Below are positions 37,526 to 48,257 of a stretch of DNA of 64,000 nt, piece by piece. The notes beneath the pieces are model-generated. The model was not told the DNA's origin and ran no database searches. It saw nothing but the letters and a program-made list of their open reading frames with translations. How positions within the stretch are numbered: the stretch's first letter is position 1; each line of letters opens with the position of its first letter. Made by a program: the position numbers and the translations under genes. The DNA is from Eukaryota sp. GEM-RC1 (lineage: Eukaryota): the NCBI GenBank assembly GCA_040285855.1, contig JAUFOQ010000003.1, positions 1,984,001 through 2,048,000 of the forward strand. The letters are read 5' to 3'.

Positions 37526-37778
37526 GGACGATGTGATAGAGGACCCTTATCTTCTATGTAGTGACTAGTAACTAAATAAAGAACCTCTACTTTTTGAGAA
37601 CAAAAGGTGCACACGTGTCCAAAAGCAAAACGAACGTGAGGCAAAATTTCTAATTATAGACGTCGTTATTATCTGACACCTTTCGAACACTGATTTGAAT
37701 TAATAAAAACCGAATTATATTTTGGACTTTTCATGCTGATCGTTTTGCCTACTTCAACCTCAATAGTCCAACTTAACT

Positions 37779-38698
37779 ATGTTATTGTCACATTCACTAC
37801 GGTTTCACAGTGACTCTGTCTCCTCAATTTGCACCTTGAAGTCAAATCCCGTGACTTCTTCTGCTGACGGATCAGTTGTTCTATGGGACCCCTTTACCCA
37901 CAGGCCTCTCCAAGTAATCAACACTCCTTCTAACTCCACTCTTCCTGGAGGTGTTCTCTCCGTCTCTCCATTGGATACTAGTGATGAACTCTTTATTCAA
38001 CACCGAGGTGGACAATACACTCTATTCAACTGTTCCAACTCTGAATCTACTTCCAGCGTAAAGCAGAACTATTCAGGCTTCTGCAAAGCTAAACTTGTTG
38101 ACTCCAACACTGCTCTACTACCTGGTTCTGATGACAAATCCATTGATGTGGTTGACTTCCGTCTTTCTCAAGTGGTAAACTCCATTCCCCAACCCTCTGA
38201 GAATGGTCATCTATCATCACTAGAGTTCTACAACCAATACACTGTTGGAGTTGGAAACGAAGCAGGGAAAGTAACTCTCTTTGATCTTAGACAGCCCTCT
38301 GTTAACTTAGTTGAAGCTACGTTGTTCTCAGATCCTGTAATGTGTCTTTCTACACATGGAACAACTCTTTTGCCGGCAGTGGTCCCAATCACCCCCTTTT
38401 GCTCCTCAGGGGATCCTCTCCACCTTCTGCTCTTGCTACCACTTCTAAAACATATGCACTACTTCCAGGGGTCTCGGGACTGTGGTGCGATGATTCCAAG
38501 GTAATTGCCTCTCTTTGGACAAGTAAGGTGGTCTGGTGGAGTAAGAGAAAGCAGACATTTAAGTATGGCGGTTGTTTTACTCCTCCAATGGTTGTTAATA
38601 AGAAACCAAATAATGTTTATAATTCTGTTGTTCATTGTGATGGAAAATTGGTTTACATGGGTCTTCCTGATGGTGTAGTTTGTTGTCTTAGTCTGTGA
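37779..38698 (+). CDS. WD40 protein, GNB1L/ASA1-like; apparent -1 frameshift near 38370
   Basis: LRFHSDSVSSI, SSADGSVVLWD, QHRGG, SGFCKA, GNEAGKVTLFDLR, LFSDPVMCL. Confidence 0.7.
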
Positions 38699-39396
38699 GT
38701 CTAATCTATTAGTACTGTCGGGACGGTTCGTTTTACTTTAGTGGTTTATTGTCAAGGATACACTTTACTTTGTGTCTTAGGAATGATCTGTATGAATGTC
38801 TCTTCATTGAAGACTATTTCTGGTTCAGTTGAGATTGTCTTGGATGTTGGTGTTCTTTTGTAACTATATACAAATGTTAAAGTATCTAATAATGTTTGGA
38901 GAATGTCGAAATTTGTTCTGTCGCTTATTGATGAGTAGATACTTTTTTAAAAAAAATAAACTGATTTGTGATTGATCACTCAACAACCACGTCCTTTTGG
39001 TTTACATTTTACTGATGAAATGGTTTCCTATATTTTAATGAAATTAGGGTCTCAGTTTAAGTCATAATCTCAGAATGAGAGATTCAACAATAACTCTATG
39101 TTTGCAACAATAGATCAACACATGTAAAAAATTAAATTCTCCACACCACTATACAACTTCGAGCAAATGGGACTCAAATAGATAAACTGTAGGATTCAGC
39201 GTCTCAGTTTAGTAAAATGAGATCATCATGTCCAGGATTATAAATTCAATTGTCCCCAAGTTGAAACACACCTTTTCACCAGCCAAACCAAGAACGATAT
39301 ACAGTTTTCATCAAAAAATTGCAGCTACACTAATGTAACTTGTAATTTGTTCGCTTCGATTTTTAAGTTTTTGTTTTCAATACCTCTATAATAGTT

Positions 39397-40246
39397 ATGA
39401 CTGTCCTTCTTCCCTCTTCTTTGAGGTCCCACTCTATTATTATTCGAGGTGCTGGTGAACTTGCTACCTCAATTGCACATAGACTGGCCAAAGTGTCTTT
39501 TACTGTTCTTTGTCTAGAAGTAGAACGCCCACTTTGTGTCCGAACTACTATATCATTTGCTTCTACCATACTCTCTTCCTCTGGGTCTTGTACTGTAGAA
39601 GGAATAACTGCTCAAAAGGCATCCAATATCAATGACGTATTTACCATATGGGAACAAAAGAAAGTTGCCGTCCTCAATGCCCCACACCTCTCACCAGAAC
39701 TTCTTTCTTCTATTAAACCTCTTGCCATTGTTGATGCAATGATGACCAAGACTAACTCTAACGGTACTCATCTTTCTCTCGCTCCTTTAACTATTGGACT
39801 TGGACCTGGGTTTACTGCTGGCGAGGATGTGCATTTTGTTATTGAAACCTGTCGGGGTCATGATTTAGGTAGAATTAATTCAAAGGGAAAGGCTATAGCT
39901 AATACTGGTATTCCTGGTGAAATAGGATCTAAAACTCACGAAAGATTATTACGAGCATGTTGTGATGGTGTTGTTACTCCTTTAAAAATCCATTGGAGAT
40001 TTTGTTGATAAGGGGGAAGTGGTAGCTACTGTTGATGGTGAAAACGTAGTATCTGAAATCAGTGGCGTAATCAGAGGAATGATCTCTTCTGGAGTTTGGG
40101 TCGGGAATGGGGTCAAAATTGGTGACGTGGATCCACGTGATGGAGCTCAGAATTACACTCATACTTTGACTGATAAGAGTCGGACCATTTCTGGTTCAGT
40201 TTTGGAGGTGATAATGGCTCACTTATTTAATAATTCAAAACTTTAA
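39397..40246 (+). CDS. yqeB: YqeB-family selenium-dependent molybdenum hydroxylase system protein; apparent +1 frameshift near 39986
   Basis: IIIRGAGELATSIAHRL, ERPLCVRTTISFA, TVEGITA, IVDAMMTK, IGLGPGFTAGEDVHFVIETCRGHDLGR, NTGIPGEIG, ERLLRA. After the shift: SIGDFVDKGEVVATVDG...ISGVIRGMI...KIGDVDPR...TLTDKSRTISGSVLEVI. Confidence 0.92.
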
Positions 40247-40327
40247 CAATTTTAAATCTTGACTGTATTGAAGGATCTTTTAAAACTTAAATGGATTGTT
40301 CTTCAAGCCTGTTTTTCTTTTTTTAAA

Positions 40328-42191
40328 TTATTCATTTGCAAGAATAGAGTTAATGTTCATTTGGCTCGTTCTCCTAGCAGCTGGTGAAATCAAGGGTTTA
40401 TCTCTGCCTAATCTTTTCTTCTTCAAGGACGGTAATAACGTTGTCTGTTTTGAATGAAGTTTCCGAGATAAACTTGGTAATGAAATTGACTGTGACGGGG
40501 TAGACGGAGTTTCAACAGGAAGAGTACCAAATCGAAGTGGTAATGATGGTCCAAGTGATTGCGATGGAGTTGATGGTACGGAAGGTTCAATCACATTTGA
40601 TTGCTCTTGTTCTACACTGTTGACACTCTCAACAATAGTTTTAGACCATTCAACATTACAAGCATGAGTTTTCTGTGCCACACATTGCTTAATTTCAACA
40701 TTATTCGGACTTTCAAACACGCTACCTCGTGCATGAGTTATCATTTTGTTAAATAGACCTTGTGAATCGAAGTTATCTCGCTCAATAAAACTCTGTAAAT
40801 GGTCAACAAAGTCCTTGCATTTAGTTGTTCGTAAAAGGGTTTCCTGATGGTAGAATTTTCCAGTCGTTTGCACATGTGAAAAATCACATATTCAGTTAAG
40901 TCTAAACCATAACTAGCAGAGGATTTGGCCAGAGATTGGGCTTTAGTTAGTGCAGTGAATTGTTTCGGTTTGGAAACAAAGTCGAATAAATCACCATAAT
41001 TGACAACTTTTGACTGGAACTCAGAATTAAGTTTTTCGAGGAAAACAGCGGTAAGTCACCAAAGTCAACCTTGACTCGAGCCATTTGAGTATGAATATAA
41101 ACCGGAATTTCAGTAAGATATGAGTTGAAGCCACTTTCCACACGTGATTGTAATTCTTTCTGTTTAATTTCTTCCCTAATCACATCCATGCGTTCCAAGA
41201 ATTCCTCTGTTTTTACCTTCAAAGTAACACAAATCTCAGCTTCAGAAGGCCTATAATCCCCAAACTCATCGTGTAAGCTCAAATTAAAATAATTAAAATA
41301 TCTAGAATACAATAGCGGAATCCTAGTAATCTTCCGTCTACACTTATTAACCTGTACCAATGAAGCATACTTAATTCCTTGGTTAGACTTATGCATTGAA
41401 GTTGGAACAGGAGAACCAGGTTGAATAATCTCTGGAACTTGATTTGAAACTATATCAGAGAAATGCTCATGGCCCCAGACAATTAGATCAATCAATTCGT
41501 GCTTTTTGATATAATCAGGAGTCATGTAAGCCTTACTTTGAAATCCAGCACGTTGATGACGTGATTGATGAAGCAGTAGAATGTTGAAGACCTCCCCAGT
41601 TGAGTAAGGTTTATCAAAGGCCACTCTATCGTTTTCAAAGAGTCTATGCATTCTGCTTTCATTTACATAGGGTAGGCCATAGAGAGCAATCTTTGTCTGT
41701 CCTTTCTCAAGAACACAAGGTTTGACTAGGATGCTGTTAGGAGTGAGAGAACCTAGTTTACCAAGGTAGTTGATGAGACCAGCTTCTGAGAGAACATCGA
41801 GGGGGCTGATGTTGCTGTCACCTGTGGGTTCGTCATGGTTGCCGTTGATGGTGAATATTGGGAGGGATACGTTGATGTTCTCGTTGAGGAAGTTGACTCG
41901 CTTCGAGACGAGTTCAGATTGGTCAGTTAGGACAGAAAGTTGAATGTGTTTGTCACCGAAACAGTATTTGGTAAGGAGTTGGAAGGTCTTTCGGAGTACA
42001 AATTGAGATGGTTTGCGTTCGTGAAAGATATCACCACCTAGAAGGAGGAGATCAACAGAATGAGCATGTGCAAGGTTGAGAATTTCTTCAAATGCAACGA
42101 AAGGGTCGTTCTGCCGTACCGGGTCTGTACTAGCATGGCCTAAATGAAGGTCAGAAGCTACTAGAATGGATATAGTATCGTTGGGATTCAT
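40328..42191 (-). CDS. MRE11: Double-strand break repair nuclease Mre11; two apparent -1 frameshifts near 41035 and 40815
   Basis: ASDLHLG, GGDIFHERKPS, NFLNENINVSLPIFTINGNHDEP, LLHQSR, VWGHEH, QPGS. Confidence 0.95.
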
Positions 42192-42365
42192 TTGGGAGAT
42201 GAAGAAGAAAGGCCGGCAAAATTTGGATTGGCTTTTCTACATGGATAAACAATTGTTATGAGACGTTGCGTCACGAAACTTTCTAGAACTGAATGTGAAG
42301 CAATACTATTAATGAAAAAAGATAAACATATGAACAAATTTATGGACCGTATCAACAAAAAACAA

Positions 42366-43241
42366 TCAACGACGCTTCGTGGAAGCAAAAGAGGTGGAAG
42401 ATCGGGAGGAACTACCGAAAGAGGAACGAGAAGAACTGCCAAAAGAGGGGCGGGGAGAGGAAGAAAATGAACTAGAAGGAGTTCCACCAAAGTTCCAAGA
42501 AGATCTTGTACGAGAGGGGACATAGGTTCTTCTTCTTCTGCCAAAGAGATATCCAAGACCCATTCCAGACCAGAAACCAGGACCGGAGTCACGGGCACCT
42601 GATGCAGGAGGAGCAGAGGGAGGCGGAGCTCCATGAGAGTATCCATAATCATTACGTTCATTCATTGGAGGAACATGATACTCAGGAACGTTGGGATAGA
42701 GAGGTCTTTGATGTACATTTGGAGAGGAAGGAGCTTTAGGACAGATAACACACAGAAGAACCAGAACAACAGAGAGGACAATCACAAACCCCAGTATTTT
42801 TGAAGGGCTAACTGTGTCATGTTGAGAGGCATGTGAGAAATAAGGTCTACCCTGACCAATGGATTCAAGGGTGTACTCTAAGCCACAACTTCCACGAGTA
42901 ACATAGGGGTCTTCAGGGTAGTCGTAGCCTTCACAGTATACTTCAGTTTTACCAAGACGGACATCAGAAGATAGGTCTGAGGTACATTCCCAAACAACGT
43001 CTGCTCCGTCCCAACCGACGTTCTTACACATAACAGAAGTCGGATGAAGGTTTTTCATACGCTTGGCACTTCCACCAACACACTTCAAGGATGGAACAGA
43101 GAAGGTACGTCGAAAAGAGGTATGGTCACCATAATTGAACACAAGAGTATCCACATCACGAAGTAACACTCTGTCACTGCGGAATGCCGCCGTGAAGGAT
43201 AAAAGTAGAAGGAGAGGAGTCAGTTTAAGTAAGAAACTCAT
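42366..43241 (-). CDS. SARAF: SARAF/TMEM66-like membrane protein
   Basis: Signal peptide, DRVLLRDVDTL, LKCVGGSA, CKNVGWDGADVVWEC, CEGYDYPEDPYVTRGSCGLEYTL, TM segment, GPGFWSGMGLGYLFG, terminal FASTKRR. Confidence 0.95.
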   Translation of the reverse strand: MSFLLKLTPLLLLLSFTAAFRSDRVLLRDVDTLVFNYGDHTSFRRTFSVPSLKCVGGSAKRMKNLHPTSVMCKNVGWDGADVVWECTSDLSSDVRLGKTEVYCEGYDYPEDPYVTRGSCGLEYTLESIGQGRPYFSHASQHDTVSPSKILGFVIVLSVVLVLLCVICPKAPSSPNVHQRPLYPNVPEYHVPPMNERNDYGYSHGAPPPSAPPASGARDSGPGFWSGMGLGYLFGRRRRTYVPSRTRSSWNFGGTPSSSFSSSPRPSFGSSSRSSFGSSSRSSTSFASTKRR

Positions 43242-43289
43242 GGTGCAGAAAAATTGACTTCAAAAAGCTTTTTTCCCTAGACATCTAAA

Positions 43290-45284
43290 ATGGCTCCTCC
43301 TCTTACAAATGTTGTCATTCTTACAGGACTTCCTGTAGTTCCTGAAGGCAAACTCGATAAACTTTCTACTTTTCTGACGAAAACTATCAAGAAGACCGTT
43401 GCAGCTCCCGACAATGTCGATATCCCCATGTCAGAGGGCTCTTCGCAAGGTTTTGCTTTCGTTACATTCTCTGCCAGTGATCATACTGAGCGTGCAGTGA
43501 GAGAACTAAACGACTTCCGATTTGATAAGAAACATACAATTAGATCTTCTCTCCTCGATGATATCCACAAATACGACGATGTTCCCGAGGAGTATCCCGG
43601 TCCTCCAGACCTCAAACAAACCGATTCCACCCCTATTGATCTCCAAGACTACCTCTTGGACCGCCGTGCTCGTGTTCAGTTCCTCACTCACGTTGGACTT
43701 CCCCACGGCTCTAGAACCTCCATCAATAACCTAGACCCCATTGAAGGAATCAAAGAACGTGAAGATGATTCGAGGGAGGACTGGGCTGATGAGAAACTAG
43801 GGGGACGCTGGTCTCCTTATGGTACTTATCTTGCTACCTTCCACGATCGCGGTATAGCTCTCTGGGCCGGCAAATCATTCTCTCTCATAAGGAGGTTCGC
43901 TCACTCTGGTGCTCGTGCTCTGACGTTCTCGGATAAGGAGAACTACCTACTCACTGCCACTGAAGCTGATAGACATGGCCACTACTCCCTCAAAGTGTTT
44001 GAAACTGTTACAGGCAAACTGTTACGTACTTTTGAAATGCATAAGACTGAAGGACATCCTCTCAGAATATTTAAAATATCTGCTTGTGAAAAGTATCTAG
44101 CCCGTGTAATGAAAGACAAGGTCGCAATCTACGACCTTCATAACAACATGGAACCAATCAGAAAGGCAATCATCCGTGAAAGTAACGTTGAGGTTCTTGC
44201 CTGGTCCCCTCGTGAGCCAATTCTTTCCTTATTTGTTGCTGAAGGAAACATCCCCGCTAGAATCATGATGGTTGCTTTCGATGATGATCATGCTATGGTT
44301 CTGCGTACTAAAACTCTTGTTCAGGTTCGTGATGTTCAGCTGTTTTGGTCTGCCCACGGAGATTTCCTATTAGCCAAGGCCAAGAGAACTTCCAAATCAG
44401 GAAAGACTCATCAGTTTGGTTTTGAGCTGATTAAAATCAAGGAACGTGCTATTCCATGTATGACTCTCCCAGACATTAAATCTGTTGAAGTCTCTCACTG
44501 TGCTTGGGATCCTACTGGTGCTACCTTTGCCTACATTGAAGCTGATACCACTAAGACTGGCCTCGTGGTGGTCTGTAGGATTGTTGGAGGGGAAGTGAAG
44601 GAGATTGGTAGGACTCAACCTAGACCTTTCAATACTCTTTATTGGTGTCCTAAAGGTAATATCCTAGTTGGTATCGGTCTTTCTACTCTTGGAAGTACTT
44701 TTGCTGGACATATGGACTTTATTTTGGTTCAAGAAGATTCTATAGAAGTTGTTGAATCACGTCAGCATTCGTCATGTAGTTTTGCTCAGTGGTCACCGTG
44801 TGGTCGCTTCTTTGTCACAGTCGTGTCGCAAATAAGAAGAACTTATGATACAGGATTCAACTTGTTCTCCATGAGAGGTCGTCCGTTGGTAAACGTGCGC
44901 AAGGATAAGTTCTACTACTTTTTGTTTAGACCCACGCCTCCACCAGTGTTACCTGAAAAGAAGTTACAGGAGGTAGAAAGTGGATTAAAGAACTTTGTTG
45001 ATGAGTTCAAGGCTGAGGACGAAGCTCTTAGAAACCTTGGAGTTGGTAAGGAAGCCGAAAAGAGAAGACAACAACGTCAAGAGTGGGTTCACTATCAAAA
45101 GAAATGGTTTGAAACTGCTAGTCATTGGAAAGCTAGAGATGTAGTCACTTGGGATGAGAAGGAAGATGTGGTTGAGACTGTGGTTGATATGCAGGAGGAA
45201 GAGATTGTCGAGGTTGGACTGGTACAAGATGAAGAGGAAATTGTTGAGGTTCAACCGGAGCAAGTAGAAGAGGAAGAGAAGTAG
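43290..45284 (+). CDS. EIF3B: Translation initiation factor eIF3 subunit B
   Basis: N-terminal RRM (GLPVVPEGKLDKL, GFAFVTF, FRFDKKH), WSPYGTYLATFHDRGIALW, eIF2A-type propeller, WSPCGRFFVT, FLFRPTPP. Confidence 0.95.
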   Translation: MAPPLTNVVILTGLPVVPEGKLDKLSTFLTKTIKKTVAAPDNVDIPMSEGSSQGFAFVTFSASDHTERAVRELNDFRFDKKHTIRSSLLDDIHKYDDVPEEYPGPPDLKQTDSTPIDLQDYLLDRRARVQFLTHVGLPHGSRTSINNLDPIEGIKEREDDSREDWADEKLGGRWSPYGTYLATFHDRGIALWAGKSFSLIRRFAHSGARALTFSDKENYLLTATEADRHGHYSLKVFETVTGKLLRTFEMHKTEGHPLRIFKISACEKYLARVMKDKVAIYDLHNNMEPIRKAIIRESNVEVLAWSPREPILSLFVAEGNIPARIMMVAFDDDHAMVLRTKTLVQVRDVQLFWSAHGDFLLAKAKRTSKSGKTHQFGFELIKIKERAIPCMTLPDIKSVEVSHCAWDPTGATFAYIEADTTKTGLVVVCRIVGGEVKEIGRTQPRPFNTLYWCPKGNILVGIGLSTLGSTFAGHMDFILVQEDSIEVVESRQHSSCSFAQWSPCGRFFVTVVSQIRRTYDTGFNLFSMRGRPLVNVRKDKFYYFLFRPTPPPVLPEKKLQEVESGLKNFVDEFKAEDEALRNLGVGKEAEKRRQQRQEWVHYQKKWFETASHWKARDVVTWDEKEDVVETVVDMQEEEIVEVGLVQDEEEIVEVQPEQVEEEEK

Positions 45285-46522
45285 TTAGTTTTTTTAAAAT
45301 TTATAAATTTTTAGGATGATCTTGAGTGTTTTTCGTATTTACTGTTGATGAGTATTTTCATAATAACCAGACTTCCAATCAATCTGAGTGATGATCATGT
45401 GTTCATGTCGTTTGAGTCGAGTTGATCCCTATCGATATCTGTGAGTTATACTAACAAGTTGAGTTGTAGTCGCGATTGAGTTCATGGATGCAAACTTTAT
45501 TCGGCTTCCAAATTGAAACATCGCCACAATTAATGGATTTTTATGAGCATACACAAAAGCCTAATAACAATTAGTAAACCTAACCATATTCATCTCCAAT
45601 TAGACATTGTTAATCAACATTGACATCTAACCAAAACGTGCAAAGTTTCTCCACAAAACGAAATTGGTAAGATCACAGTCTGTATACTATTATATTTATT
45701 AAACAAATCCTTTTTACTTTACTCTTGATTGTTAATTACAACGTCATAACAGCAAATTTTACGGTTGTGTTCAAGGGTTAAACTCAGGTTAACAGAAGCA
45801 TTTGAAGAATTTTCTTAAGTGAATGAGCAAATCAGTACAAACACTTGTGTAATTGTCCTGGATGAACAACACAGAACTACTGTGCTTGTTGTCTCTATCA
45901 CAAATCAGTTGGCACGTGCTTTATGTTCTCCTGATCTCTATCTATTCCGGAGTTGGTAGCGGAGCTCATAATAACATTCTTCAAAACAAATGACAATGAG
46001 GTCTGCGGTTGTGTAGAAAACTGTCGTCATGGATATAAGGTGGAACAAAGTTATTGCTTCAACGAATCTTCTGTTTCGGTTCATTAGTACTATGAGTCTG
46101 ACTGTTGCATTACTTTTTCTGATCACAAGGAAATAACTAGTCACAAGCAACTCAGACCTGGAGAACTTAAGCCGAAAATAACTTGTTAAAAAGTAAGATA
46201 AAAAAATTCAAGTAGTTGTGCAAAATACATTTTGTGTACAAAATAGATTTATTTCCGTTAGCGGAGAGGCGAAACCCCATATTTGGTTAAGTCCAAACTG
46301 CAATCAAACGATTAATCAGTGAGCTACACACTTCACTAGTGATGACAAAGAATTAACAAACATCTAAGACATAACCAACATAATGGATGTCCAAGCATTA
46401 ATCAAAGAATTTACGGATAAAATAGCCAAATGACAACTCCATACTAAGGAACCGTGACAGCAATCACAAAACCCAAAATAAACTGGAATGCAATCAAAAG
46501 AGAGAGATATTAACATTTTTGC

Positions 46523-47567
46523 TTATGTCAACCAAATGTCGAGCTGACTGGACAAAGAAATGATACCGTCACAAATACTCAAAAGCCCATAATTCTTTAA
46601 ATTTTGCAAGACAACCATCAACTTCATTGGACAAATCTCCTCAATAAAGATCTTTTCCACTTTCACCACCTTCTTTTCAAACAACCACTTCAAAACCATG
46701 AGCTCTACTTCAGACAAATCCTTAATCAAATCATCCATACAGCCACCTTCCTCTTTTCCCAATATCTCGACAGCAGTATCAAAAGAAACTCTATCTTCAT
46801 TATTCAAGGCGGAGAAAGATAAACACTTTGAAATCAATGCTAAAACACGTCTGGCATCACCCTTATCTAAAGAAGAAATTGTAACGATGTGATCTAATGC
46901 TTTTCATCAAACAGAACCGTATAGTCATCGACTCCGGCAGACCGAAATCTATCAATAATGATTGACTTGAGCTCTGCTTTAGTGTAATCAACAAATCTAA
47001 TTCGATGAGGTCCTAAACGACTTTGAATTCGAGGATAGAGAGTAGAATTGTCTGAAAGCGAGTTAGCAATTAAGAGAAGAACGAATCCTCTAGAAGAGAA
47101 CCAATTTAGAAGGTTGTAGACGATACCATCATCAAGCGTCATGAGATAATCAGTCTCGTCAACAAGGACTATCGTTTTCCTCTTGGATGACTGTGGTTTG
47201 GCGAAGAAGTTCTCAAGAGTGGCTAATGCAGCAGCAGCGCTGACATTGCGATGGTTGAGGAGGAAGTGGAGTTGTTGATAGAAGGAATTGGCAGAAATGA
47301 CTTCGGCTCCATTGATGGAAATGAAACGAAAGTCAGATAGTTCAGGGTTCGACTCCTTTGAGAGAGATGTTATGACTTCTGTTGCAAGCGAGGTCTTTCC
47401 AGTTCCTGGAGCACCGGATATGAAGCATGATGTCCCACCAACATGTCCTTGTGAGAAAGATTTAGTTCGAGAAACTTAAGAAGTTGTTGTCTTTCGTTTT
47501 CTCGAAGAGATATTCTGGCAGGGGTTCGTGTTAAAGAAAAATATGACAGTACATCATTCAGTGACAT
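46523..47567 (-). CDS. Orc1/Cdc6 family AAA+ ATPase; two apparent -1 frameshifts near 47466 and 46902
   Basis: Corrected reading gives SLRENE, FISGAPGTGKT (Walker A), FISING, IVLVDETDYL (Walker B), YNLLNW, IANS, PRIQSRLG, GDARRVL, and a winged-helix-like end. Confidence 0.9.
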
Positions 47568-47724
47568 AGAAGTAAGTTCAAAACAGTCTAGAGTCACAGT
47601 AGGAAACAACTGAACGCAAAACAGTAATACATAGTTGTTGTTGCGTCTAACTGAATAAGTGAAGTTACAGATTGAAAGGTTTATTGGCTAATTATGAAGA
47701 TAAGAAAAACAGTTGTTGAATTAG

Positions 47725-47874
47725 AACTACCTAGCAGCACGGTGAAAGTGTAAGACCGAGTGCCATGTAGTAGAAACAAATACGATGACAGGAAGCTCCC
47801 CGAAGGAAGCGTATCAGCTGTCAAACTGATAAGAACAGATACTACACTTGATCTAAGCCATATAGGCGAAGACT
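47725..47874 (-). ncRNA. U2: U2 spliceosomal snRNA
   Basis: Minus strand reads AGUCUUCGCCUAUAUGGCUUAGAUCAAGUGUAGUAUCUGUUCUUAUCAGUUUGACAGCUGAUACG, with the conserved branch-recognition GUAGUA and stem IIa. This is followed by a GCUUCC-UUCG-GGGAGC hairpin, an Sm-like AUUUGUUU and one 3' hairpin. Ends are approximate. Confidence 0.95.
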
Positions 47875-48257
47875 AAGTTGTAGTTCAAAAATTTCGAATT
47901 TAAATTAGACCCACTAGTGGAAGAACTAGTGCTGTAAGATTGTGTGGAAGTCGTGTTTTTAGAAGACTGCTACAAATAGCTCCACTGTTTTTGAGAGACG
48001 TGTTCATTCACCTTTACAAATCTGATACAGTACATCAGGCTCAAAACACTCTACAATACAACTGAATTATTCTCAAGAATGTATTACAGTGCGATGAAAT
48101 AAATGCTCATAGCAAATACAATACGAATCTCGTTTTTAAAAAGCTACCACAGAAGCAAGCAATGTACATATACGTCGTCATTGTTTCGATCTTAGAGTGA
48201 CTGTAATACAAATTCGAAAATCTATTTTGGACCAAATAACTCAACACTCTCTCTTTG

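Noticed and set aside
40000..40010. TGT-TGA in yqeB as a possible selenocysteine codon
   Set aside because: The TGA lies in the shifted frame; the family alignment continues as IGDFVDKG in another frame.
45400..46500. Intergenic stretch with small hairpins (for example CCGTTAGCGG near 46255)
   Set aside because: No termini, repeat partner or RNA family motif that I can support.
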